Shown: in pieces, positions 54,321-64,000 of the stretch | Layout of the letters: the number at the start of each line of letters is the position of its first letter | How positions within the stretch are numbered: the first letter of the stretch is position 1 | Assembly (NCBI RefSeq): GCF_003334305.1 | Contig: NZ_QOWS01000014.1 | Length of the DNA: 64,000 bases | From: Escherichia coli | Lineage (GTDB): Bacteria; Pseudomonadota; Gammaproteobacteria; Enterobacterales; Enterobacteriaceae | Reading direction: 5' to 3' (one strand) | Notes under the pieces: generated by a model | Database searches by the model: none | Told to the model about the DNA's origin: nothing | The model's input: the letters and a program-made list of their open reading frames with translations, nothing else | Made by a program: the position numbers and the translations under genes

Positions 54321-57300
54321 TTATTTCCGTACCCGATGTCGGTGCAGCCACATCAGCTTATACGCCGCCGGGATAATAAACAGCGACAGCAAAGGTGCGG
54401 TGATCATGCCGCCAATCATCGGCGCGGCAATCCGGCTCATCACCTCTGAACCAGCCCCCGTTCCCCACAGAATCGGCAGCAGACCGGCGATAATCACCGC
54501 CACCGTCATCGCTTTCGGGCGCACGCGCAGTACCGCGCCGTGATACAACGCCTCATCCAGCTTCTGCTCACTGAATGTTTGCGGATTATTCAACGACGGC
54601 TCGGCCTCTATGGCGTGACGTAAATACATCAGCATCACCACGCCAAATTCGGCGGCGACCCCGGCAAGGGCAATAAAGCCAGTACCCGTCGCCACAGAAA
54701 GATGAAAGCCCATCCACCACAGCAACCAGATGCCGCCCACCAGCGCAAACGGTACGCTGCTGATAATCAGCAACGCTTCGCCCACCCGACGGAATGCCAG
54801 ATACAACAGCACGAAGATGATCATCAGTGTCATCGGCACCATGAGTTTCAGCTTATGGTTGGCGCGCTCCAGTAGCTCGAACTGCCCGGAGAATGCCACG
54901 CTGGTGCCCGGTTTTAACTGCACTTTTTCAGCTATCGCTTTTTGCAAATCGTGAACCACCGACACCATGTCACGATCGCGGGCATCGATATAAATCCAGC
55001 TCGTCGGGCGCGCATTCTCGGTTTTCAGCATCGACGGTCCGGTAGAGACTTTAACGTCGGCCACGTCTGCCAGGGTGATTTGCTGCTTCATCGGCGTCAG
55101 GATCGGCAACTGGCGCAGTGCCTGCGGACTATCGCGCCAGCTTTGCGGATAACGCAGATTAATGGGATAACGGGCAATCCCTTCCACCGTTTCGCCAACC
55201 ATCGCCCCGCCCACCGTAGAAGTCACAAACAACTGCACATCCGCCACCGTCATACCGTAACGCGCGGCTTTTTCACGGTTAATCTCAACGTTGATATAGC
55301 GCCCACCTTCCAGACGCTCGGCAAGCGCAGAAGCCACACCTGGTACCGTTCGTGCCACCTCTTCAATTTGCTCCGCCATCGCGTCGATATCCGCCAGCAC
55401 AGTGCCGGAAACTTTAATTCCGATGGGGCTTTTAATGCCAGTCGAGAGCATATCGATACGGTTACGAATTGGCGGCACCCACAGATTCGCCAGCCCCGGC
55501 AGACGCACGGTGTTATCCAGTTCCTCAATGATTTTGTCCATCGTCATGCCTGGCCGCCACTGCTCCTGCGGCTTAAGCTGGATGGTCGTTTCTACCATCT
55601 CCAGCGGAGCAGAATCGGTGGCGGTTTCCGCTTTCCCGGTTTTCCCAAATACCCGCGCCACTTCAGGTACGCTCATAATTAGCTTGTCGGTTTTTTGCAG
55701 CATACTCGCCGCCTCTGCTGCGGAAATCCCCGGCAGCGTCGATGGCATATACAACAAGTCGCCTTCATTGATCTGCGGTAAAAATTCCCCGCCAACTTTA
55801 TTGAGCGGCCAGAGAACCGTCAGCACCGAAAGCGCCGCCACCAGCAGCGTGGTTTTCGGCCAGTGCAGTACTTTCAGCAACAGCGGATGATAAACACGAA
55901 TCAAAAAGCGATTGAGCGGGTTACTGCTTTCCGGCGGAATTTTGCCACGGATCCAGTAGCCCATCAGGATCGGGATCACTACGATCGCCAGCAGCGCCGC
56001 ACCCGCCATCGCATACGTTTTGGTGAACGCCAACGGGCCAAACAGACGCCCTTCCTGCCCTTCCAGGGTGAAGATCGGGATAAACGACAACGTGATAATC
56101 AGCAGACTGATAAATAGCGCCGGCCCCACTTCAACAGACGCATCGGTGATCACCTGCCAGCGCGTTTTATTATCCAGCGTGGCGTCAGGATGCTGGTGCT
56201 GCCACTCTTCCAGCCGTTTATGTGCATTTTCGATCATGACGATAGCGGCATCGACCATCGCCCCGACGGCAATCGCAATGCCGCCCAACGACATAATATT
56301 GGCATTCAGTCCCTGGAAGTGCATGACAATAAAAGCAATACACAACCCCAGCGGCAACGAAATAATCGCCACCAGCGCCGAGCGCACATGCCAGAGAAAC
56401 AGCGCACAGACTACCGCCACCACAATAAACTCTTCCAGCAACTTGCCGCTGAGGTTGTCGATGGCGCGGTCAATGAGCTGGCTGCGATCGTATGTTGTAA
56501 CTATCTCCACGCCTTCCGGCAGACTACTTTTCAGCGTTTCCAGTTTGTCCTTCACGGCGGCGATCACTTCTCGGGCGTTTTTGCCGGATCGCAGGATCAC
56601 CACCCCGCCCGCCACTTCACCTTCGCCATTCAGTTCGGCAATGCCCCGGCGCATCTCCGGGCCAATCTGGACCTTCGCAACATCACGCAGATAAACGGGC
56701 ACGCCATTTTCACTGGCTTTTAAAACGATGTGATTAAAGTCGTCGAGCGTTTGCAGATAGCCGCTGGCGCGCACCATATATTCCGCTTCCGCCAGTTCGA
56801 TCGACGAACCGCCCGCTTCCTGGTTTGAAGCATCCAGCGCGCTTTTTACTTCGGCTAGACTGATGCCATATTGCGCCAGGCGCTGGGGATCGATAACCAC
56901 CTGATACTCTTTCACCACGCCGCCCACCGACGCCACTTCCGCAACGTCAGGGATGGTTTTTAGCTCATATTTGAGAAACCAGTCCTGCAATGAGCGTAAA
57001 TCGGCCAGATCGTGCTTACCGCTGCGATCCACCAGTGCATATTCATAGATCCAGCCAACACCCGTGGCATCTGGTCCCAGCTCGGCGCTGACTCCCGCAG
57101 GCAGCTTACCCTGTACCTGGTTGAGGTACTCCAGCACCCGCGAACGCGCCCAGTACGGATCGGTACCATCTTCGAAAATGACATACACATAAGAGTCGCC
57201 AAACTGTGAGAAACCGCGCACAGTCTTCGCGCCAGGCACCGACAACATGGTGGTGGTTAGCGGATAAGTCACCTGATTTTCAACGATTTGCGGTGCCTGA

Positions 57301-57464
57301 CCGGGATAGCTGGTTTTAATAATCACCTGCACATCGGAGAGATCCGGCAGCGCATCCACTGGCGTGTTAATGATGGTCCAGGTGCCCCAGATGCTCAGAA
57401 ACAACGCGCCCATCAGCACCAAAAAACGGTTCGCCACCGAGCGACGAATAATCCATTCAATCAT
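54321..57464 (-). CDS. cusA: Cu(I)/Ag(I) RND efflux pump CusA
   Basis: 1047-aa [30 protein letters not shown]. Confidence 0.95.
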   Translation of the reverse strand: MIEWIIRRSVANRFLVLMGALFLSIWGTWTIINTPVDALPDLSDVQVIIKTSYPGQAPQIVENQVTYPLTTTMLSVPGAKTVRGFSQFGDSYVYVIFEDGTDPYWARSRVLEYLNQVQGKLPAGVSAELGPDATGVGWIYEYALVDRSGKHDLADLRSLQDWFLKYELKTIPDVAEVASVGGVVKEYQVVIDPQRLAQYGISLAEVKSALDASNQEAGGSSIELAEAEYMVRASGYLQTLDDFNHIVLKASENGVPVYLRDVAKVQIGPEMRRGIAELNGEGEVAGGVVILRSGKNAREVIAAVKDKLETLKSSLPEGVEIVTTYDRSQLIDRAIDNLSGKLLEEFIVVAVVCALFLWHVRSALVAIISLPLGLCIAFIVMHFQGLNANIMSLGGIAIAVGAMVDAAIVMIENAHKRLEEWQHQHPDATLDNKTRWQVITDASVEVGPALFISLLIITLSFIPIFTLEGQEGRLFGPLAFTKTYAMAGAALLAIVVIPILMGYWIRGKIPPESSNPLNRFLIRVYHPLLLKVLHWPKTTLLVAALSVLTVLWPLNKVGGEFLPQINEGDLLYMPSTLPGISAAEAASMLQKTDKLIMSVPEVARVFGKTGKAETATDSAPLEMVETTIQLKPQEQWRPGMTMDKIIEELDNTVRLPGLANLWVPPIRNRIDMLSTGIKSPIGIKVSGTVLADIDAMAEQIEEVARTVPGVASALAERLEGGRYINVEINREKAARYGMTVADVQLFVTSTVGGAMVGETVEGIARYPINLRYPQSWRDSPQALRQLPILTPMKQQITLADVADVKVSTGPSMLKTENARPTSWIYIDARDRDMVSVVHDLQKAIAEKVQLKPGTSVAFSGQFELLERANHKLKLMVPMTLMIIFVLLYLAFRRVGEALLIISSVPFALVGGIWLLWWMGFHLSVATGTGFIALAGVAAEFGVVMLMYLRHAIEAEPSLNNPQTFSEQKLDEALYHGAVLRVRPKAMTVAVIIAGLLPILWGTGAGSEVMSRIAAPMIGGMITAPLLSLFIIPAAYKLMWLHRHRVRK

Positions 57465-57475
57465 TGGTTATTCCC

Positions 57476-58699
57476 TCAATGCGCATTGGTAGCACTTTCA
57501 GAGCGCATCCGCTCCAGTGCGCCAGAAATATTGGCTTCGGAATCAATCAGGAACAGGCCGCTGGAAACCACCTTTTCACCTTCCTCCAGACCAGAGTGTA
57601 ACGCGGTGACGCCTTGCGATGCCTGGAAAACGGCAACGCGTTTCGGTACAAAGCGTCCGTCGGCATCAACGGTAATCACCCGCTGTTCGTTGCCGGTATC
57701 AATCAGCGCCTGTGACGGAATGAGCAGCATCGGTTCGCTGGCGGTATTGAGTTGCAACCAGGCGTTCATTCCCGGTTTTAGCGCCTCGTCGGCGTTGTCG
57801 ACTTCCAGACGCAGCTGCAGCGTGCGGGTCGCGGCATCCACGCCAGGTAGCAGCGTCCATTTGCGGATGGTGAGTGTTTTATCCGGTCGCGCCGGAACGG
57901 TGAGGGTAAACTGCGAGGCATCTTTCACCAGCCAGGCGATGGACTCCGGGATCGCAGCAGTGACCCACACCGGGTCCATACCCTGAATTTTCGCGACCAC
58001 GTTATCTTTGGCGATATTCATTCCCGCGCGCAGATCAAACGCGGTGATCACGCCATCAATGGGCGCTTTGAGCGTAAAGCGAGTCTGGATTTTTTGCGTG
58101 GCTATCAGGCGGCGAATATCCGCCTCCGGCATTCCCGCCAGTCGCAGCCGCTCAAGAATGCCTTCAGTCTGGGTCGCCGTACCGCCGGTTTCGCGCAGCA
58201 GTAAATACTCACTCTGCGCTTCCACCCAGTCAGGAATGGTCAGGTCGAGAAGCGGTGTGCCCTTTTGTACTTTATCGCCCACGGTAAGCGGATACACCTT
58301 GTCGATAAACCCGGCAGCGCGAGCCTGCACAATGGCATACTGATACTCGTTGTAACTGACATTCGCCGGGAAACTCTGGGCAAAAGTCAGCGGCCCGCGC
58401 GTGACGGTAGCCGTTTTCACCCCCAGATTCTGCGTCTGAGTCGGGTCAATGCGCACACCAGACGCAGAACTCTCTTCATCGGCATATTTCGGCACCAGAT
58501 CCATATCCATAAACGGCGATTTACCTGGTTTATCGAACCGCGTATTGGGGTACATCGGGTCGTACCAGAATAAGATTTTACGTTCTGCGGTCGACGTTTT
58601 TTCTGCGGGTGGTTCAGCCTTTGCAAACCAGGTAAAACCTGCCGCAGAAATAATACCGCCCGCGATCATGCTGCCGATAATAAGCGCGATTTTTTTCAT
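57476..58699 (-). CDS. cusB: Cu(I)/Ag(I) efflux membrane fusion protein CusB
   Basis: 407-aa ORF MKKIALIIGSMIAGGIISAAGFTWF. Confidence 0.93.
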   Translation of the reverse strand: MKKIALIIGSMIAGGIISAAGFTWFAKAEPPAEKTSTAERKILFWYDPMYPNTRFDKPGKSPFMDMDLVPKYADEESSASGVRIDPTQTQNLGVKTATVTRGPLTFAQSFPANVSYNEYQYAIVQARAAGFIDKVYPLTVGDKVQKGTPLLDLTIPDWVEAQSEYLLLRETGGTATQTEGILERLRLAGMPEADIRRLIATQKIQTRFTLKAPIDGVITAFDLRAGMNIAKDNVVAKIQGMDPVWVTAAIPESIAWLVKDASQFTLTVPARPDKTLTIRKWTLLPGVDAATRTLQLRLEVDNADEALKPGMNAWLQLNTASEPMLLIPSQALIDTGNEQRVITVDADGRFVPKRVAVFQASQGVTALHSGLEEGEKVVSSGLFLIDSEANISGALERMRSESATNAH

Positions 58700-58714
58700 C
58701 TCATTAAACCTGGG

Positions 58715-59047
58715 TTACTGGCTGACTTTAATATCCTGTAATAAAGAAAGGTTGCCCTGCTGGACAAAATTAAACGCCACTTTGTCGCCGGTTTTAATTT
58801 CACTCATTTTCGTCTGCGGGGTGATGGTAAAGCGCATGGTCATCTCCGGCCAGTTCACAGCAGCAATCGGATCGTGATGGATGGTGATTTTTTTGCTTTC
58901 CAGATCAATACCCTTTACCTCGCCAGTGGCACTAATAACCTGTGGTTGTGCTTCGCTCATGGTTTCATGATGATGTTCGTTAGCCTGGGCATTAAAGCCA
59001 ATAACGGTAAACAGACTGAACATTGCGACTTGCAGTGCTTTTTTCAT
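58715..59047 (-). CDS. cusF: periplasmic Cu(I)/Ag(I) metallochaperone CusF
   Basis: 110-aa ORF MKKALQVAMFSLFTVIGFNAQA... Confidence 0.93.
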   Translation of the reverse strand: MKKALQVAMFSLFTVIGFNAQANEHHHETMSEAQPQVISATGEVKGIDLESKKITIHHDPIAAVNWPEMTMRFTITPQTKMSEIKTGDKVAFNFVQQGNLSLLQDIKVSQ

Positions 59048-59070
59048 TTATTCTCTCCTGGAGTTAAAAG

Positions 59071-60453
59071 TTATTGCTGCCAACCGCCACCAAGTGCGGT
59101 ATATAAAGAAATTTCGTTAACCTGACGGGCATAATTCAGGTCAAGTAAAGTTTGTCGGGTTGCAAATAACGAACGTTCGGCATCCAGCACTTCCAGATAA
59201 CTTACTGCGCCGTGCTGATATAATGCCCGCGCCCGTTGCAAAGTAATTTGCAGCGATGCCAGATAACGCTGCTGGGCGCTAATTTGATCGTTCAGGCTTT
59301 GACGTAATGCCAGCGCATCTGCCACTTCTTTAAAGGCGTTCTGGATTTTCTGTTCATAATTCACTACCGACTGCTGCTGGCGAATTTCGGCGATATCCAG
59401 ATTGGCCTGGTTGCGTCCGGCATTAAAAATGGGGATCTCAATTTTAGGAATAAAATTCCACATCCCGCTGCTGGCGTTAAATAATGACGACAGATCGCTG
59501 CTGACGGTTGATATTCCGCTGGTCAGGCTTATAGATGGGAAAAATGCCGCGCGTGCGGCCCCAATATTGGCATTAGCCGCCATTAACGCGTGTTCAGCTT
59601 CCATAATATCCGGGCGCTGCAATAAGATTTGCGACGACAAGCCCGCCGGTAATTTAACGCTTTGCAGGCTGTCGCTGTTTACTGTCTGCGCTTGCGGCAG
59701 CTTGCCGTAGCTTCCCAGCAACAGTTGCAATGCATTATTCGCCTGCGCCAGTTCCCCCTGACGTTTAGCGATGTCGCTGCGGGTACTTTCTATCACCCCG
59801 CGAGCCTGTTCCAGCGCCAGAACATTACTGCTACCTGTCAACAGTTGTTTTTCGACAAACGCATATGACTGCTGATAATTACGCAGCGTTTCTTCAGCTA
59901 TTTGCAATTGCGCATACGCCAGTTGCTGATTGAAATAGCTTTGCGCGACATTAGAAACCAGCAGAATATGCACCGCGCGCTGAGCTTCCTCAGTGGCTAA
60001 ATAATTTTGGCGCTCGGCTTCGCTCATGTTCTTTAAGCGACCGAAAAAATCGAGGTCAAAGCTGGCGTTAAGGCCGGTCGAAAACTCCCGTGTCGTGGCG
60101 GTATTCCCTTTAAGATTACCGCTCCAACTGCCGCTGCCCTCGCCATTGAGCTGTGGGTAGCGGTCGGCATCGGTCAGACGATATTGCGCCCGCGCTTCCT
60201 GCACTTTCAGCGTCGCCATGCGCAAATCCCGGTTATTCACCAGCGCCTCGCTAATCAGCGTCTTTACCTGATTATCAACAAAAAAGGTGCGCCAGCCCGC
60301 GTTCTGGTAGTTATCTGCTGCGTTAACCAAGCCGTTCTGGCTGAGTGAGAACTGCTGCGGCACGGGCATTGCCGGACGCTGATAATCCGGTGCCAGTGAA
60401 CAACCGGTTAGCGCAAGGGCCACACAAAATGGCAGAAGTTTACAAGGAGACAT
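59071..60453 (-). CDS. cusC: Cu(I)/Ag(I) efflux outer-membrane factor CusC
   Basis: 460-aa ORF, lipoprotein signal MSPCKLLPFCVALALTGCSLAPD. Confidence 0.92.
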   Translation of the reverse strand: MSPCKLLPFCVALALTGCSLAPDYQRPAMPVPQQFSLSQNGLVNAADNYQNAGWRTFFVDNQVKTLISEALVNNRDLRMATLKVQEARAQYRLTDADRYPQLNGEGSGSWSGNLKGNTATTREFSTGLNASFDLDFFGRLKNMSEAERQNYLATEEAQRAVHILLVSNVAQSYFNQQLAYAQLQIAEETLRNYQQSYAFVEKQLLTGSSNVLALEQARGVIESTRSDIAKRQGELAQANNALQLLLGSYGKLPQAQTVNSDSLQSVKLPAGLSSQILLQRPDIMEAEHALMAANANIGAARAAFFPSISLTSGISTVSSDLSSLFNASSGMWNFIPKIEIPIFNAGRNQANLDIAEIRQQQSVVNYEQKIQNAFKEVADALALRQSLNDQISAQQRYLASLQITLQRARALYQHGAVSYLEVLDAERSLFATRQTLLDLNYARQVNEISLYTALGGGWQQ

Positions 60454-60522
60454 AGGCTCATAATTTCTGGTGATTTTATACCGCCAACTTTACTCGCCAG
60501 GCTCTGATTTTCCGGTGACAGG

Positions 60523-60544
60523 AAAATGACAAAATTGTCATTTT
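60523..60544. promoter_or_regulatory. CusR box in the cusC / cusR divergent promoter region
   Basis: perfect palindrome AAAATGACAAAATTGTCATTTT, matching the CusR binding consensus as I recall it. Confidence 0.8.
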
Positions 60545-60609
60545 GCCAATAAGCGATTGCCATCTGATCCCGCTACTCTAGAATTGCCCGGGCAACATGC
60601 GGAGGAAAA

Positions 60610-61293
60610 ATGAAACTGTTGATTGTCGAAGATGAAAAGAAAACCGGAGAATACTTGACCAAAGGGTTAACCGAAGCCGGTTTTGTGGTCGATTTGGCCG
60701 ACAACGGGCTGAATGGCTACCATCTGGCGATGACCGGTGATTATGATCTGATAATCCTCGATATTATGCTGCCGGACGTGAACGGCTGGGATATCGTGCG
60801 CATGTTACGCTCCGCCAATAAAGGGATGCCGATTCTGTTGCTTACCGCGCTTGGCACCATTGAACATCGCGTCAAGGGGCTGGAGTTGGGGGCAGATGAC
60901 TACCTGATGAAACCATTCGCTTTTGCTGAACTGCTGGCGCGGGTGCGCACTCTCCTGCGGCGCGGGGCGGCGGTAATTATCGAAAGTCAGTTTCAGGTTG
61001 CCGACCTGATGGTCGATCTCGTCAGCCGCAAAGTCACCCGCAGCGGCACGCGCATCACTCTGACCAGTAAAGAGTTTACTCTGCTGGAGTTTTTTCTCCG
61101 CCATCAGGGCGAAGTGCTGCCCCGCTCGCTTATCGCCTCGCAGGTGTGGGACATGAATTTCGACAGCGACACTAACGCCATTGATGTGGCGGTGAAGCGG
61201 CTACGCGGCAAAATCGACAACGACTTTGAGCCGAAGCTGATTCAGACCGTGCGCGGCGTGGGCTATATGCTTGAGGTGCCGGATGGTCAGTAA
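60610..61293 (+). CDS. cusR: copper-responsive OmpR-family response regulator CusR
   Basis: 227-aa [28 protein letters not shown]; GGAGGA RBS. Confidence 0.93.
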   Translation: MKLLIVEDEKKTGEYLTKGLTEAGFVVDLADNGLNGYHLAMTGDYDLIILDIMLPDVNGWDIVRMLRSANKGMPILLLTALGTIEHRVKGLELGADDYLMKPFAFAELLARVRTLLRRGAAVIIESQFQVADLMVDLVSRKVTRSGTRITLTSKEFTLLEFFLRHQGEVLPRSLIASQVWDMNFDSDTNAIDVAVKRLRGKIDNDFEPKLIQTVRGVGYMLEVPDGQ

Positions 61294-62731
61294 GCCATTT
61301 CAGCGCCCGTTTTCGCTGGCAACCCGTCTGACCTTTTTTATCAGCCTGGCCACCATCGCGGCGTTTTTCGCCTTTGCATGGATCATGATCCACTCAGTGA
61401 AAGTGCATTTTGCCGAGCAGGATATTAATGATTTAAAAGAAATTAGCGCCACCCTTGAACGGGTACTTAATCATCCTGACGAGACGCAAGCCCGACGCTT
61501 AATGACGCTGGAAGATATCGTCAGTGGTTATTCCAACGTGTTGATTTCCCTGGCAGATAGCCACGGCAAAACGGTGTATCACTCCCCCGGTGCGCCGGAT
61601 ATCCGCGAGTTTACGCGTGACGCCATACCCGATAAAGACGCGCGGGGCGGTGAGGTGTATCTCCTTTCCGGCCCGACGATGATGATGCCAGGCCACGGTC
61701 ACGGGCATATGGAACACAGCAACTGGCGGATGATTAACTTGCCGGTTGGCCCGTTGGTGGACGGCAAACCGATTTATACGCTCTACATCGCGCTTTCGAT
61801 CGATTTTCATCTTCATTACATAAATGATTTGATGAATAAACTTATTATGACCGCATCTGTCATCAGCATCCTGATCGTCTTTATCGTGCTATTGGCGGTA
61901 CATAAAGGTCACGCGCCGATCCGCAGCGTCAGCCGTCAAATCCAGAATATCACCTCGAAAGATCTCGACGTTCGCCTTGACCCGCAGACCGTGCCCATTG
62001 AGCTGGAACAGCTGGTACTGTCGTTCAACCATATGATCGAGCGTATTGAGGATGTCTTTACCCGCCAGTCCAATTTCTCAGCGGATATCGCTCACGAAAT
62101 TCGCACGCCGATTACCAATCTCATCACGCAAACGGAAATCGCCCTCAGCCAGTCTCGCAGCCAGAAGGAGCTGGAAGATGTGCTCTACTCTAATCTCGAA
62201 GAGCTGACGCGAATGGCGAAAATGGTCAGCGATATGCTGTTTCTCGCTCAGGCCGATAACAACCAGCTAATCCCCGAAAAGAAAATGCTCAACCTGGCGG
62301 ATGAAGTCGGCAAAGTGTTCGATTTTTTCGAGGCGTTAGCGGAAGATCGCGGCGTGGAGTTGCGGTTTGTTGGCGACAAATGTCAGGTTGCGGGCGATCC
62401 GCTGATGCTGCGTCGGGCGTTAAGCAACCTGCTTTCTAATGCCCTGCGTTATACGCCACCCAGTGAGGCTATTGTAGTGCGCTGCCAGACGGTCAATCAT
62501 CAGGTGCAAGTTTCCGTCGAAAACCCCGGTACGCCCATTGCGCCCGAGCACTTACCGCGATTGTTTGACCGTTTCTATCGCGTTGACCCTTCCCGCCAGC
62601 GAAAAGGTGAAGGTAGCGGTATTGGGCTGGCGATAGTGAAATCGATTGTTGTCGCGCATAAAGGCACGGTTGCGGTAACGTCAGATGCGCGGGGGACAAG
62701 GTTTGTGATTATGCTGCCGGAGAGAGAGTGA
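61283..62731 (+). CDS. cusS: copper/silver sensor histidine kinase CusS
   Basis: ORF 61271..62731 (track start is TTG); ATG at 61283 gives [22 protein letters not shown]; overlaps the cusR 3' end by 11 bp. Confidence 0.9.
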   Translation: MVSKPFQRPFSLATRLTFFISLATIAAFFAFAWIMIHSVKVHFAEQDINDLKEISATLERVLNHPDETQARRLMTLEDIVSGYSNVLISLADSHGKTVYHSPGAPDIREFTRDAIPDKDARGGEVYLLSGPTMMMPGHGHGHMEHSNWRMINLPVGPLVDGKPIYTLYIALSIDFHLHYINDLMNKLIMTASVISILIVFIVLLAVHKGHAPIRSVSRQIQNITSKDLDVRLDPQTVPIELEQLVLSFNHMIERIEDVFTRQSNFSADIAHEIRTPITNLITQTEIALSQSRSQKELEDVLYSNLEELTRMAKMVSDMLFLAQADNNQLIPEKKMLNLADEVGKVFDFFEALAEDRGVELRFVGDKCQVAGDPLMLRRALSNLLSNALRYTPPSEAIVVRCQTVNHQVQVSVENPGTPIAPEHLPRLFDRFYRVDPSRQRKGEGSGIGLAIVKSIVVAHKGTVAVTSDARGTRFVIMLPERE

Positions 62732-63467
62732 TTATTAAGTTCAAATTCAGGGCGTGGTGCATCACCTCCTGGTATTGTTGATCAACAAATTAGAGAAAAA
62801 CTTATTAAACATATGAAATATCGAAGGCTTTTATTTTTCAAAGTTTCACGAGATGTTTGTATATGAAACTTAGTTAAATCTGTGTTTCTTCCAATTGTAG
62901 ATCACAATGCCCTTTCTAAATTTTCATCGTTATAAACAAGCCATCTATCATATAAAGCAATGAATAATTTAATCGCGATTAATCATCATTAATTGTTATA
63001 TTATTCACTCAATCTATTTATCAAGTGAATTTGATAAATTCCTAATTTAAAATATCCACTATTGAGCCAGTATTTAACAACGTTAAGATGTGCAATGTGC
63101 AGATCATGTTATCAGGGTGGAGCGGTAGCATATATTTCTTATGCAATCATTCATTTTAATAATGTTAATTGGATTATTTATTGCTGTGAATAAAAATATA
63201 TTATGAATATTGGTTTAACTTTGCGTTTTTGTTACTCGTTGTGATATGCGTACCTGTCCTGAATAACGCCAAGAAACAAGAGGTTGAGCTTGTGATTATT
63301 TTTTTGACTGAACAGACACCCGTTTCTGTAAAGTAATATTTAAACAAAATTCTCACATAACCATAGCATTTTCTGTTCCTTCCCTAATAACGTCTGAAGT
63401 CGTCCCGCTTATCACATTATCCGCAGTTGTACGGTACGGATCATTATTCATTTTACCGGAGGTTGCT
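62732..63467. other. AT-rich ORF-free spacer between cusS and the vgrG-like gene
   Basis: ~735 bp of strongly AT-rich sequence with no ORF of 60 codons or more on either strand; sharp compositional contrast with flanking genes. Confidence 0.6.
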
Positions 63468-64000
63468 ATGTCAACCGGATTACGTTTCACACTGGAAGTG
63501 GACGGCCTGCCGCCGGATGCTTTTGCGGTGGTTTCCTTTCATCTGAACCAGTCACTCTCTTCGCTCTTTTCCCTCGATCTCTCCCTGGTCAGCCAGCAGT
63601 TTCTCTCCCTTGAATTTGCGCAGGTGCTGGACAAAATGGCCTACCTGACGATATGGCAGGGCGATGAAGTACAGCGCCGGGTGAAAGGCGTGGTGACCTG
63701 GTTTGAACTCGGGGAGAACGACAAAAACCAGATGCTGTACAGCATGAAGGTGCACCCGCCGCTGTGGCGTGCCGGTCTGCGCCAGAACTTCCGTATCTTC
63801 CAGAACGAGGACATCAAAAGCATCCTCGGCACGATGTTGCAGGAAAACGGGGTGACCGAATGGAGTCCGCTGTTCAGCGAGCCGCATCCTTCCCGTGAGT
63901 TTTGTGTCCAGTACGGTGAGACTGATTACGATTTCCTGTGCCGGATGGCGGCGGAGGAAGGCATCTTCTTTTATGAGGAGCACGCGCAAAAAAGTACCGA
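63468..64000 (+). CDS. vgrG: VgrG-like type VI secretion spike protein, N-terminal part only (runs off the window)
   Basis: ATG at 63468 preceded by GGAGG RBS; translation MSTGLRFTLEVDGLPPDAFAVVSFHLNQSLSSLFSLDLSLVSQQFLSLEFAQVLDK... is a typical VgrG N-terminus; not on the ORF track because there is no stop within the window. Confidence 0.75.
   Translation, partial: MSTGLRFTLEVDGLPPDAFAVVSFHLNQSLSSLFSLDLSLVSQQFLSLEFAQVLDKMAYLTIWQGDEVQRRVKGVVTWFELGENDKNQMLYSMKVHPPLWRAGLRQNFRIFQNEDIKSILGTMLQENGVTEWSPLFSEPHPSREFCVQYGETDYDFLCRMAAEEGIFFYEEHAQKST

Noticed and set aside
63552-63989. 145-aa ORF on the minus strand at the window end
   Set aside because: Antisense to the VgrG-like reading frame, which has an RBS and recognisable protein sequence.

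Overview
This window is an Escherichia coli chromosomal segment (K-12 map region roughly pagP to cusS, in reverse orientation to the K-12 convention), recognised from protein sequences I know from memory; no search was run. Gene order: pagP, dcuC, dpiBA (citAB), citCDEFXGT, rna, rnk, ybdR, uspG, ahpCF, dsbG, ybdO-ybdN-ybdM, ybdL, ybdH, ybdD, cstA, the complete enterobactin cluster (entH-entA-entB-entE-entC / fepB / entS / fepDGC / fepE / entF-ybdZ-fes / fepA / entD), a hok type I toxin locus, ybdK, ybdJ, ybdF, nfsB, ybdG, pheP, cusCFBA and cusRS, then an AT-rich spacer and the 5' end of a vgrG-like gene. Almost all of it is ordinary core genome with gene lengths as expected. I did not find a clear novel multi-gene system. 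The points worth a second look are: (1) the hok/sok-type toxin locus between entD and ybdK is present as two tandem ~470-bp copies with no IS element, and the copies differ by a compensatory stem change and a 1-nt indel in the leader; (2) nfsB carries an in-frame amber codon at codon 44; (3) cusS is followed by an AT-rich ORF-free spacer and a VgrG N-terminus, i.e. an accessory (T6SS/Rhs-type) island boundary; (4) the AT-rich ybdO-ybdN-ybdM islet (LysR regulator + PAPS-reductase-like + ParB-like) is a poorly characterised IbrA/IbrB-like module; (5) a 29-codon putative single-TM small ORF lies between rnk and ybdR; (6) two copies of a GC-rich palindromic intergenic repeat, plus REP elements. 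CDS coordinates are anchored on the supplied ORF track with starts trimmed to the start codon I recognise; coordinates of non-coding features were read by eye and may be off by a few bp.
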